NCBI GenBank assembly: GCA_951406725.2
Contig: OX597830.1
Span: 46,190,001-46,254,000 of the forward strand
Direction: 5' to 3'
Length of the DNA stretch: 64,000 bases
Source of the DNA: Octopus vulgaris
Taxonomy: Eukaryota
The notes below the pieces were generated by a model that was given only the letters and a program-made list of their open reading frames with translations, did no database searches and had not been told where the DNA came from. Positions 25,101-34,973 of the stretch are shown in pieces. The translations under genes and the position numbers were made by a program. How positions within the stretch are numbered: the first letter of the stretch is position 1; each line of letters starts with the position of its first letter.

Positions 25101-28100
25101 AATATCCTCTGTTGTGAATCATTAAAGGAGCTTCTATGTTTACTGAACTACTAGAAATGACACCCTAATCACTCACAAAACATATGCTACCGTCTAACAA
25201 AGAAAAGAAAAGAAACAAACAAAAATAAGTTTAATAATGCAGTCCTAAATATATTATATACGACGAGCTAGGATGGCCAGAGCTGAAACACCTTTCATCA
25301 TAGGTATGTGTGTGCGCATGCACACACACACAAAATTTCATAGGACTTTAAGTAATTAGAACCAATTTGAATTATTTCCAATTAAGCACAAGATGAAATA
25401 GTTTTGGTCATTAATTCTTGTCTTTGAATTGTCTTCTTTGTATCTTAGAATTCTAAGATGTTATTATTTCTTCTTGTTTTTCTTTTTGAGATAAACCAAG
25501 CGATGTCAATCCGATTTGAAACAGAAAGCTATCGTAGACATCAAAGTGAAGTGGTCAATGGACTTGGAATAACTATGGGTGCCCTCTATTGGCAATTAAA
25601 TGATATTTGGCAAGCTCCAACTTGGTCTTCTATTGGTAAGTTCATAGGAGGAAGCAAAAATTTTTTTTTTTTTAAATCAGAAAATTTTTTATTTTCTTTC
25701 CTTTTTTTTTGGTCAGGATTTTTCATTTTTCTCATCACCATCATCATTGTTAGCATCAACATCATCATACAATCACCACTATGATCCTCACCATAACCAA
25801 CATTATTTATAACGATCACCATCATCACTAGCACTATTATCATCATCATCGCTGGTAGAATCGAGCTGTTAGAAGGCGGCGAGCTGGTAGAATCGTTAGC
25901 ACGCCGGGTGAAATGCGTAGCCGTATTTCGTCTACCGCTACGTCCTGGGTTCAAATTCCGCCGAGGTCGACTTAGCCTTTCATCCTCTCGGGGTGGATAA
26001 ATTAAGTACCAGTTGCACATTGGGGTCGATATAATCGACTTAATCCATTTGTCTGTCCTTGTTTGTCCCCTCTGTGTTTAGCCCCTTGTGGGTAGTAAAG
26101 AAATATATCATCATCATCACTATCATCTTCATTGTCATCGTTATTAATATTACCATAATCAAAAATAATTTCTTATTTAGGCACGAGGCCATGCATTTTC
26201 CAATTGGAATTTAATAAACTAAATGAACTTCAGGATTTAACTCATGCCTCCCCCTTTATCTTACATGGAAGGAAGTCAACTTTGGTGGGATTCTCACTCA
26301 GAATATCAAAGAACATAAATAAACACTCTATGCATTCTACTTAATCCACCATAATCCAATAATAATAATTATTATTATAATCATCAATAATAATAATAAT
26401 AATAATTATTATAATCATCAATAATGATAATAATAATTATTATTATTATAATCGTCATTAATAATAATGATAATAATTATTATAAATGTTGATAATAATT
26501 ATTATTATTATAAATGTTGATAATAATAATTATTATTTTTAATGTTGATAATAATAATTATTATTATAAATGTTGATAATAATTATTATTATAAATGTTG
26601 ATAATAATTATTATTATTATAAATGTTGATAATAATTATTATTATTATAAATGTTGATAATAATTATTATTATTTTTAATGTTGATAATAATAATTATTA
26701 TTATTAATGTTGATAATTATTAATGATGAAAATAATGATGAACGTTATTAATAATGATAATTATTAATGATGATAATAATTATAATTATTATTTATGATG
26801 ATGATGATTATTATTATGAACGGTGTTAATAAGTATTATGAATGGTGTTAATGATAATAATTATTATTATTGATGGTGATAATAATAATCATTATTAATA
26901 ATAATGATTATTATTAATAATGATTAGAGGTATAAGAATAATAATTTGTTACATTAATACTGCACCCCACAATCTGAACGTTGGTGGTAGAGACGATTGA
27001 AAAGACAAACTTTTTTACTTGATCTGAAGCAAAGGGGGACTGTTCATCATCATCATCGTTTAACGTCCGTTTTCCGCGCTAGCACGGGCTGGACGGTTCG
27101 ACCGGAGTCTGGGAAGCCAGAGCTGCACCAGGCTCCAGTCTGATCTGGCAGTGTTTCTACAGCTGTATGCCCTTCCTAACGCCAACCACTCCGCGAGTGT
27201 AGTGGGTGCTTTTTACGTGCCACCTGCACAGGTGCCAGTGGGGGTCTGGCATCGGCCACGATCAGTTGGTGCTTTTAACGTACCACCGGCACGGAAGCCA
27301 GCCAAGCCGGCACTGGCATCGGCCACGTTCGGATGGTGCTTTTTATGTGCCACCGGCACAGAAGCCAGTCGAGGCGGCGCTGGCAACGGCCACGTTCGGA
27401 TGGTGCTTTTTATGTGCCACCGACACAGGTATCACAACTACTGTTTCCATTGACATTTGTTTCGATGTTCGTGTACATGCACTTGACTCAACAGGTCTCC
27501 TCAACCACAGTGAGTTCATGGCTAATAAAGATTTCAAAGGTGTTATTATTGTAGGGTAGGTGTGAGAGGCTGGATCTGACCAGTTTGAACATAAAACTGG
27601 TAGACTATTTTTGCTTGATGTGGCTACTTTAAATGCTAAAGGGTTAAATATGAATACTTTAAAATTGGCAGGTGACCATCAAAAGAAACAGGGCTGCTTT
27701 CACATTTCCATGGTTGAAACATCTACAAAACATGTTTTTACAGTAATTAGATATTAATTAGATATTAATAGAACGGCACCGATCCTCTTTTGTGTGTTGC
27801 ATCAGGAATTTTATTTCAAACAGGAAACATTTTTATAAATAAATAAAAATGTTTACATGAAAGGGACAGAATTAATTGATTTAATAAAATATAAAGTCAA
27901 TGATAGACAGCGTGTGTGTGTGTGTGTGTGTAAAACTGTATTTTATAATATAAATGATATAAACACTCTAATTTACCTAGCTTCTAAAGCATATCTTTAT
28001 ATATAAAACTGTAGTTGTGTGAGTGTCTGTCCCCCTTCGATTTAGATTCCTAACTACTCCCACATTTTATAGTCGTGATTCATATCAAGCCCTTCTGGGT

Positions 28101-28997
28101 ATTAGCGCGCGTCTACGATGAGTCTACGATTTTAAAAATAATTTACCATCATTTTTTTCCATTTTAAGGCATATTTTTTTAAATATAAGGAAAGTAACTC
28201 TCTAAAAATGTCTACGATGAGTCAACGATTTAAAAAAAAATTTACCATAATTTTTTTTCCATTTTTAATGCATTTTTTGCTATTTTTTGGCTATAACTCT
28301 CTAAAAATGCTTTATAGTTATTTCCCTTACAAACCCGAGCAACGCCGGGCGATACTGCTAGTATATATATATATATATATATACACACATGTATTTTTTT
28401 CTCTCTTGCAGAATATGATGGAACATGGAAGATGCTTCATTATTATTCTAAAAAGTTCTTTTCCCCTGTTTTGATTTCACCATATTTTGTTAATGAAAAG
28501 ATGCTTTATATAAATATGGTTGTGGATGGTATTCCAATCAAAGAACACAGGCGGTCAGATGGTAGCCTAGAAATGGTTCCACTCAACATCTCCAAAAGTA
28601 AGAACTCAGTACTGACTGGCACTTTACAGGTGAAGTTATATAATTGGAAGAACCGAACCCCAGTGAAAAGCTGGACCCAAAAATATAGTGTAAGTATTTG
28701 GATGAATTTAAGGGAAATATTTTTGGTTTTTTTTATATATACTTTGTAACTTGCGGCAACACTCAAAGAAATTTTGAGTAGGTGCAGGAGTGGGTGTGTG
28801 GTAAGTAACTTGCTTAAAAACCACATGGTTTCGGGTTCAGTCCCACTGTGTGGCACCTTGGGCAAGTGTCTTCTATAACCTCGGGCTGACCAAAGCCTTG
28901 TGAGTGTATTTGGTAGACAGAAGCTGAAAGAAGACTCTCGTATATTTTTATGTATATATATATATGTATGTATATATATATATATATATGAATGTAT

Positions 28998-29029
<32 letters not shown>

Positions 29030-32000
29030 GTGTGTATAAGGATGAAAAGGAACACACGAGTTGATATATATGAAAAAACAAGTCAAGATAGAAAATGCTA
29101 AAATAATTTTATAAAGAACATTTCAGTACCGGTTTCAGTCATTTTGAAACCTTTTCAACTGTAACGATTAAATAATTAAATTTAGAAAAATTAAAAGAAA
29201 AGGTTTTTTAAAAGAATATTTGCCACTTCCATTAACACGCAAATAGTGAGTGGTGTTCCGCAAGGCACTGTTCTGGGACCACTACTGTTCATAATGGCCC
29301 TCTCAGACATGCCCTCAGCCATGCAGAGAGCCACGATCACAAGTTATGCAGATAATACAAAAGTTTCACAGGCAATACAGAACCCTGAAGACACTAAGCA
29401 CCTGCAATGTGAGCTGGACAAAATATACAAGTGGGCTGAAAAGAATAGCATGCAGTTCAATGCTGCAAAGTTTCAAGCTTTATACTATCAGCATGCAAAA
29501 CTAAATGCAATACCCAATAAATACACTGGACCTGGAGGGATTGCAGTCCCAGAGGCACAATCAGTGCGAGACCTGGGTATTTACATGAGTGATGATGCAA
29601 CCTTTCATGTGCATGTTGCTAAATTGGCAATGAAATGTAGGCAGCTGACCGGATGGATTCTTAGAACCTTTAGAACAAGAGACCAGGAAACCATGATGGT
29701 CCTCTGGAGGACACTTGTCCTAAGCCACTTTGACTATTGCTCTCAGCTATGGTCACCATCCAGTGTCAAGTTAATCACAGAACTTGAGGCGATCCAACGA
29801 AGCTACACGAAGAAGATAGCCTCTGTGCAGCATATAAGCTATTGGGAAAGACTCAAGAGATTGAGACTCTATTCCTTAGAGCGTAGGCGAGAAAGATATG
29901 CCATAATATACATCTGGAAGATCCTAGAAGGACTTGTCCCAAACTTTGGCATTGAGAGTTACACAAAGCCAGAACTGGGCGCCACTGCATAGTGCCAAGG
30001 ACTCCAAATTTGCCATCAAGATGTAGGACAAGATACTGTGATAGCCTGGGCTTCCGAGGCCCACAGCTCTTCAATATCCTCCCGAAGAACCTAAGAGACC
30101 TGCATGGGGTGGATGCAGATGTCTTTAAAATGAAACTGGATCTCTTCTTGTCAGGTGTCCCAGATGAACCAACTTCACGGCAGGAGGTGCAGATGAGGGC
30201 AGCTGCATCGAACTCTCTCATGCACCAGATGGCATTTGCTAAAAAGCATTCGTGAAGTAAAATCATGTAGCAACACCAAATGGCAGTGCCCCAGCATGGC
30301 CACAGCTTGTGAGCTAAAACTAAATAAAATAAAAAAAAAAGATAAAAATAAAATAAATAAATGTGTGTGTCCCCAATGTTGTTTGTGTGTGTCTGTGTCC
30401 CCAATGTTGTTTGTTAACCATGCCTCTCTCTTTCTTTGAATATAGTTAGACAAAACTTCAGATGTTGTTCTCAAAATTCCTGCATCAGAAATTGTGGACC
30501 ACAAGAAATGTTCTCTTACATCATGTTTCTTGTTTTTCTCCTTGGATTCTGAGGATTCTGTGTCAACATCTTGGTTGCCGCTTGGTCGTCTTGTACCTTC
30601 AGGAGGAATCCCATTTGCAAAAATAAAGGTATGGCATTTGAAATGAATATTTGTCAATTTTGCATATTTTAAGTCGCTTGACATGCTAGAAATAGCAGCC
30701 AAATTTCCCTCAGTTCTATAAAGCAGGACATATTGGATGATGTAGTCCGGTGGCTTTTTTGCCATTTGATAAGAATTTCAAAAAATTTTTTTTGTCTTGG
30801 GAGTTTAATTCTATTTAACATGAGAAAAGAGCTTAGAAATTTATATTTCAATCTTGGTTATTGTGGCATTGGCCAAATATTTATCTTAAATGTTTTCCTT
30901 GGCCAACAAATACAGGATTGCTTTCCAATATCAATTTTAGAAAATAGAAATTGCTGAAGAAATGGAAATTATTCATTGAAAGAAACATTTTCTTTCAGAA
31001 TACGTAAGAACAGTAAAATAGTGAGCAGTCTATCTGATGTTCTTCCACTATTCTGAGTTTGAATCTTGCTAAAGTTGCATTTGTTTTCCACCTCTCTGAG
31101 GTCAGTAACCTGACAATAGACTGAATACTCTTTACTTTGCCACACTCCTATAATATTAGTCTTACACAAATAAAAAAGATACCGTGCCTACTGAATTCTT
31201 GTACTGCCTTCTATCTATCCCACCAACTATTTCACTGATTCAAAAGTGAGTGGGTCAAGAGGATGCCCATCCTTGCATATGAGTGGTCGCTGTAGTTATT
31301 ATACAAGTAAAAGGCCCTAATTATTTTTGAATCTGTATTCCGATCGTACTGGAGTCAACTTTGTGTTTGATCCTCCTCCTGACGTTAGCTAAAAATTAAA
31401 TTTCATGGAATTGATTTGAGTCCACTCTTCTTTTTACAAAACTGGCCTTTTATCCAAGAAATCATTTACTTGGCTTTGGAGTAAGTAAAAAAACTTACAG
31501 CCAGTGCACAGTCATGAGTTCACTCTGGAATTAAATTCAAGAAATAGTTCTACAAATTCCCTAAAACATAAGCTTACTTCACATTCAACTTAAAATAAAG
31601 ATCAAACAAACAAGAATTTCACCAAACTTCCGAGGGTACTTTAGAATCATCAGACTAAGCAAATATCACAGAAAGCTCTCGGACCTGTCCACAGTTGATA
31701 AATTATAAAGAGTGTGCCTTCTATGACTTAGTTCATTCCCAGAATCACTATGGAATGATTTTAGAGAGATAGTCATGGTTCAACAAGACTCCAGTGATAG
31801 TTAACTTGTGAAGGTTTTAAAATACTTTTTTCTTTTTCCACATAGAAAAATACATTGACTTAACCCTTTTGTTACTGTGTTTCTTTCAATTAATTTTAAA
31901 TATAACAAAGAATTTAGTAAAATAACTTAGTTATCGTTAAGCTAGTCTTAGAAACATAAATAGTGACTAAGATTTGGTGGAAGATTTTAATTCAAAACTT

Positions 32001-32554
32001 ATGGAAACAAGACATTTTTAATACAGAGCCAGAAGCAGTTTCAACTGGGTTGGTAACGAAAGAGTTAACATTTAATTTTAAAGTATTTTTTATTGTGTTG
32101 GATTGATTGTTACTGATGAAGGTTTACCAGAAATTCCTTGAATTTTATTTTATATTACAAAACACCTGATTCATACAGACCAATACTTGGTTCACAACAG
32201 ATCAACAGAAATTTGATTGTTTTTTCTTCCATATTCTATGCATATATGCTGCTCATATCGTTACTAACGTATTGGTTTCTTCAATTTCTCTCTCTCTCTC
32301 ACTCACAGATCACCAAAGTGGTTGCTGTAAGTGGTCGAAACAACACCTTCGATATTACACTTCAGAGTTCAGACATTGCTCCATTTGTTTGGTTAGAAGC
32401 TACTGGAATATTGGGGCGTTTCTCAGACAATGGATTCCTGATGATAAATGCAAGCAAATCTGTTGAATTCTATGCTTGGCAAAATGTTCCTGTGGATCAG
32501 CTGAAGACATCATTAACAGTGAAATCTTTGATGGATGTTTATGATAAAAGGTAA
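15..32554 (+). CDS. MANBA: Beta-mannosidase (GH2) gene, 5'-partial; 13 coding exons in window
   Basis: 13 GT-AG exons total 2125 nt and splice in one frame to about 707 aa plus stop. Motifs seen: [112 protein letters not shown]. Confidence 0.96.
820..945 (+). ncRNA. Degenerate type I hammerhead-like motif with long stem II
   Basis: CTGATGA (825-831) ... GAAA CAGCTG TT with a palindromic stem III; stems I and II are only partly paired. Confidence 0.4.
1031..1251. mobile_element. piggyBac-type MITE
   Basis: TTAA|CCCTTTAG...CTAAAGGG|TTAA. Related copies at 47760-47979, 48116-48333 and a partial one ending at about 27647. Confidence 0.85.
1685..1854 (+). CDS. MANBA: MANBA exon [14 protein letters not shown]...VIKIPK
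   Basis: aag acceptor after a pyrimidine tract and gtaaac donor; phase 1 in, phase 0 out. Confidence 0.85.
3511..4229. repeat. Diverged foldback element with arms of about 170 bp
   Basis: 3511-3680 is the approximate reverse complement of 4060-4229. Confidence 0.7.
4391..4600 (+). mobile_element. tRNA-derived SINE, family A
   Basis: GGCGGCGAGCTGGCAGAA head, GAGTTCAAAT B-box, GCCTTTCATCCTT...AAGTACCAG body, (ATT)n tail. Degenerate copies near 6025, 6665, 17945 and 48670. Confidence 0.85.
4640..5170 (-). mobile_element. 3' fragment of a restriction-like-endonuclease non-LTR retrotransposon (R4/Dong-like)
   Basis: Minus strand reads [10 protein letters not shown]...WPD...[11 protein letters not shown]...EK and [10 protein letters not shown]...[17 protein letters not shown], followed by a (TAA)n tail. 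Confidence 0.8.
6246..6417 (+). CDS. MANBA: MANBA exon [13 protein letters not shown]...[10 protein letters not shown]
   Basis: poly-T plus cag acceptor, gtaaat donor, GH2 motifs WWPHGYG and GFRTVEL. Confidence 0.95.
7800..8860 (-). mobile_element. RTE-clade LINE reverse transcriptase fragment, degenerate
   Basis: VGVHQG...PLLFIIV...[14 protein letters not shown], plus QFGFVPGR upstream; contains frameshifts. Confidence 0.9.
8994..9160 (+). CDS. MANBA: MANBA exon [24 protein letters not shown]...RVWGGG
   Basis: cag acceptor, gtaagt donor, conserved motifs. Absent from the ORF track; translated by hand. Confidence 0.96.
9456..9571 (-). ncRNA. Type I hammerhead-like motif with extended stem II (PLE pLTR-derived)
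   Basis: Minus strand: ACC-CTGAAGA-[about 80-nt hairpin]-GAAA-CAATTG-TA-GGT. Confidence 0.6.
10337..10558 (+). mobile_element. tRNA-derived SINE, family A, young copy
   Basis: Near-identical to 25875-26105 and to the reverse copy at 57638-57867. Confidence 0.9.
11393..11900 (-). mobile_element. RTE LINE 3' end (internal ~60-bp tandem units, (GAT)n tail)
   Basis: Same sequence family at 658-791, 21010-21326, 23984-24230, 27045-27515, 46903-47492 and 52331-52564; contiguous with RTE ORF sequence at 44495-45520. Confidence 0.8.
12190..13258 (-). mobile_element. Penelope-like element remnant: GIY-YIG endonuclease end with duplicated 3' segment
   Basis: Minus strand reads, with stops and frameshifts, IDKHF...NIVYKCEI...YIGS...FKT...[10 protein letters not shown]...WNII...CSHASKFL. 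12190-12432 repeats 12554-12788. Confidence 0.7.
13315..14545 (-). mobile_element. Probable non-autonomous Helitron-like insertion
   Basis: CpG-containing ~1.2-kb block with an 18-bp perfect palindrome ACTAGCACTAGTGCTAGT at the left end (CTAG|T terminus on minus). The other end is not canonical. Confidence 0.4.
14786..14923 (+). CDS. MANBA: MANBA exon [25 protein letters not shown]...YQ
   Basis: tag acceptor, gtaacg donor, WQDFMFA motif. Confidence 0.96.
16231..16586 (-). mobile_element. tRNA-derived SINE, family B (internal microsatellite)
   Basis: GGCGCAGGAGTGGCTGTGTGG head, GGTTCAGTCCC B-box-like motif, CCTTGGGCAAGT CORE-like motif. Confidence 0.88.
16790..16996 (+). mobile_element. PLE pLTR-like repeat with minimal hammerhead motif at 16863-16897 (core mutated)
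   Basis: GTTT-CCGATGA-A-GAGC tcc GCTA-GAAA-CG-TT-AAAC. Its 3' end matches 10970-11010. Confidence 0.6.
17216..17258 (-). ncRNA. Minimal type I hammerhead ribozyme motif, U3-A8 variant
   Basis: Minus strand: GCTACA-TTGACAA-AGGG caaata CCCC-GAAA-CGCG-TC-TGTAGC. Confidence 0.75.
17336..17378 (+). ncRNA. Minimal type I hammerhead ribozyme motif, U3-A8 variant
   Basis: GCTACA-TTGACAA-AGGG caaata CCCT-GAAA-CGCG-TC-TGTAGC: 6-bp stem I, 4-bp stem II, palindromic ACGCGT stem III, GUC cleavage triplet. Confidence 0.8.
17798..17877 (+). CDS. MANBA: MANBA exon [26 protein letters not shown](W), catalytic acid/base
   Basis: tag acceptor, gtcagt donor, GH2 WxGNNE motif. Confidence 0.95.
18220..18441 (+). 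mobile_element. PLE end: truncated tRNA-like cassette + (AAT)n + hammerhead motif (18349-18392, GAAA mutated to GCAA)
   Basis: GTTCGATTCC B-box, then ACAC-CTGATGA-A-GGCTG...CAGCT-GCAA-CG-TT-GTGT. Homologous to 24591-24790 (minus). Confidence 0.75.
19530..19723 (+). CDS. MANBA: MANBA exon FPLSLEHY...[11 protein letters not shown]...YGD
   Basis: cag acceptor, gtaaat donor, phases consistent. Confidence 0.95.
20030..20209 (+). CDS. MANBA: MANBA exon IHFYDY...[12 protein letters not shown]...HRQHH, catalytic nucleophile
   Basis: cag acceptor, gtaaga donor, FASEYG motif. Confidence 0.96.
23825..23928 (+). CDS. MANBA: MANBA exon [16 protein letters not shown]...IYLTQ
   Basis: cag acceptor, gtataa donor, HFxLP and IYLTQ motifs. 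Confidence 0.93.
24591..25063 (-). mobile_element. 5'-truncated Penelope-like insertion with inverted pLTR, tRNA-like cassette and hammerhead motifs
   Basis: Minus-strand ORF end [22 protein letters not shown]...IWEPVLRK...*, then A and B boxes, hammerhead motif at 24631-24671, inverted copy at 24948-25063, and 15-bp flanking direct repeats with one mismatch. Confidence 0.8.
25491..25635 (+). CDS. MANBA: MANBA exon [16 protein letters not shown]...[19 protein letters not shown]
   Basis: gag acceptor, gtaagt donor, YWQLNDIW motif. Confidence 0.95.
25875..26105 (+). mobile_element. tRNA-derived SINE, family A
   Basis: Matches 10337-10558. Confidence 0.9.
26358..26925. repeat. AT-rich minisatellite ((TTA)n-TAAATGTTGA-(TAA)n units)
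   Basis: Repeated ttattattataaatgttgataataa units embedded in AAT/ATT microsatellite. Confidence 0.85.
27994..28361 (+). mobile_element. Non-autonomous Helitron
   Basis: A|TC 5' end, subterminal hairpin CCCGAGC AAC GCCGGG, CTAG|T 3' end, no TSD. Confidence 0.85.
28412..28689 (+). CDS. MANBA: MANBA exon [19 protein letters not shown]...WTQKYS
   Basis: cag acceptor, gtaagt donor, WKMLHY motif. Confidence 0.93.
28781..28941 (+). mobile_element. SINE family B, 5' half
   Basis: Matches the head of 49534 and 52691. Confidence 0.85.
29121..29164 (-). ncRNA. Minimal type I hammerhead motif, U3-A8 variant (second family)
   Basis: Minus strand: TTACAG-TTGAAAA-GGTT tcaaaat GACT-GAAA-CCGG-TA-CTGAAA. 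Confidence 0.65.
29220..30345 (+). mobile_element. CR1-clade LINE, 5'-truncated (RT C-terminal half and 3' tail)
   Basis: [14 protein letters not shown]...YADNTK...RDLG...DYCSQLWSP...SLERRRER; one frameshift near 29965; A-rich tail. Confidence 0.92.
30446..30628 (+). CDS. MANBA: MANBA exon [12 protein letters not shown]...IPFAKIK
   Basis: tag acceptor and gtatgg donor; 183 nt open, phase 0/0, linking its neighbours. Confidence 0.85.
31864..32064. mobile_element. piggyBac-type MITE, second family
   Basis: TTAA|CCCTTTTGTTAC...GTAACGAAAGAG|TTAA. Confidence 0.75.
32309..32554 (+). CDS. MANBA: MANBA terminal coding exon ITKVVAV...APFVWLE...GRFSDNGF...SLMDVYDKR*
   Basis: cag acceptor, C-terminal MANBA motifs, TAA stop. 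Confidence 0.95.
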   Translation: MTKVVAVSGRNNTFDITLQSSDIAPFVWLEATGILGRFSDNGFLMINASKSVEFYAWQNVPVDQLKTSLTVKSLMDVYDKR

Positions 32555-32755
32555 CTAGAATATATATATAAATAGTGATAAATTTTTTAATCTACCCACA
32601 GACTTCCCTAGTTTTTGGTTTGCTTTAAAGTTTACACATTGTGTGTGTGTGTGTATGTATGTATGTATATATATATATATATATTTGCATGTGCACACAA
32701 ATATATATATATTTTGTGTTCAACCAGAAACACTTGTGTGAAAAATTGTTTATTC

Positions 32756-32761
32756 AATAAA
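32756..32761 (+). promoter_or_regulatory. Candidate polyadenylation signal of MANBA
   Basis: AATAAA about 200 nt after the stop codon, with a GT/T-rich tract at about 32815-32832. Confidence 0.5.
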
Positions 32762-34138
32762 AGAAAAAATTAACTTTAAAAAAATATTCAAAATTTTATT
32801 TTAAAAAATATAACTGTGTTTGTTCCCTTTTTATGGGTGGGGGCTGTTCAAACATATTTAATACATGTTCCTTTTGGAGGTGGGGATTCCTTCATACTTA
32901 ATGAATTCTAATAAATTTTAAGTAATTAAAATTACACAAGTAGTGAGGATGGAGAGGAGAAAAAAAATTTCATTAGATATATGAATATTTCTGGTCAAGA
33001 AATGCAAGGGACACAACTCTGAAATGAACTTAGAACTAAAAAGCAGTGGTGATTGAGAAGTTCATTGAAATAGTTGCAATATTTAATTTTATCCATCAAG
33101 GTTCCAATCTAAAACCCAACCATTATAAATTTTATTTTCTGTTCTTGCAGTATTAAGTGGATTTTCATCAAGAATATGCATTGCTCTACAAAAATTCATC
33201 TTATTAGAAGAAATCATTTCCACATTGCCTAAACGTATTGCAGTGTTTCCCCCGCCCCCTTTCTCTTTTTTGAATGGTTTAGTGAATGGCCCTTTTTAGG
33301 GCATTCTGAGATAGCAGGAAGTTGTCAACACACTGGAAACCTGGCTTAGAATGATGTTTGCATCAGGATGGGCTCCCTAAAGCTATCCAAAGGTCAATTG
33401 GTGGGATTAAAGTAGGCAACAGATCAAATGTACCATCCAATTTTATTCTCATTCACTTCACTAGATTCTGTGTTCAAATCCCACTGAAGCTGACCTCTGT
33501 GCTACATAGAATATCCAAGGGGCAATGTCATAGATTATATTCTTTATCTTAACAACAAACTGACTTTTTACTTTTTGGTAAATGCCATTAGTGACATTAG
33601 TTTTATGTGTTCTTTGCAAACTATTCACTCTGCAAGCTTCCGTCTGTATGTCGAGTTGCTGTTGGTTAACTTCATAGGAAAGTGACATATTTCTCGATTT
33701 TAATTCAAATGATTTTGCGAATAATGGGCCAAGCTTTGATTCACTTCATCTACATTCCCAGAATGACCAATATGTATATATGCAACTTGAGTGGATAAAT
33801 AGCACTAGTTTAATGGCACATTTTGTTGTATGTATATAAAAACCCATCCGACTTTACACTTTTCGCTCTCACTGTGTCGGTGGCACATAAGATACATACA
33901 TATGTAATGTAAATAGCTGTACACACAGCCAGCTCTCTACCTGGTGCAGTTTCAGCCTAATAAATTTCGCAGAATGCTCAGTGGGATTAAACCTGGAACC
34001 AAATTGTTATGAAACAAATTAGTTAAGCACACAGCCATGCCCGTGGTTTTACAAAAAAAATCAATAATCCAAATTGTCTTCCTCGTGTGTATATCACCCC
34101 AAGACACCTGTCAGCTCGGGCCACAGATTATAGTGGCA

Positions 34139-34332
34139 GCTGACCATATGTAAACAGTGAAAAGACTATTTAAGGCAATAAATTAGTCGACGATATACTT
34201 ACACTACTCGTTATTGTATCTAAGCACGAATGTGTGCTGACCACATGTAAACAGTGAAAAGACTATTTAAGGCAATAAATTAGTTGACGATATACTTAAA
34301 CTACTTGTTATTGTATCTAAGCACGAATGTGT
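34139..34332. repeat. Tandem duplication, 2 x 97 bp
   Basis: 34139-34235 is nearly identical to 34236-34332. Confidence 0.9.
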
Positions 34333-34973
34333 GGAGAGGATAATGAAGGAGAATATATAAAACATCTGAAGTTTGTCAGATGCAAGCAGAGAAATCTTAA
34401 ATATCTTTCAATTTCGCTTGCCTTTACAATACAGAGACTTTGTTCCTATTTTAATTATATTTTAAGTCATCTGAGAAAATCATTGACACAATATCCAAAC
34501 TATAAACTGTTACTCTTCAGAGTATACCTGGATATTTAGTGACTGCCGTATGACCTGGTGGTAGTTGTGCAGCTGTCAGTCTCAAACTATTGCGCCATTG
34601 CAGTGTTACTGGAAATATTGTCTTTGTGTAATAATATGGAAGTCTGATTCCCTAAGGAGTGGATCAGCAGAAAGACCAAACTTTCTTATGTCTGCTACTG
34701 TATTGTGTTCATAGTCAAGAAACTTTTTCTCTCAAACAGTCTGTGGCTGTAAAGAAGTGCTACATTTCTTGTCAAGACTGATTCTACTTTAAAAATGGTG
34801 AATGTTTTGCTGACATGTCTCATTGAATTTGCTTTCTCTTGTGGAAATGGCTTTTGTTTTGCAAGGTACTTGATGACTCTGTTGGTACTGCAGCAGTACC
34901 ACATAAAATGTACCCAGTACACTCTGTAAAGTGATTGGAGTTAGGCAGGACATTCAGTTGTAGAAATCCTGCT

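Noticed and set aside
30175-30765. 196-aa minus-strand ORF
   Set aside because: Antisense to a MANBA exon and the CR1 tail.
32108-32140. CTGATGA...GAAA motif
   Set aside because: No stem I and an implausible stem II loop; likely chance.
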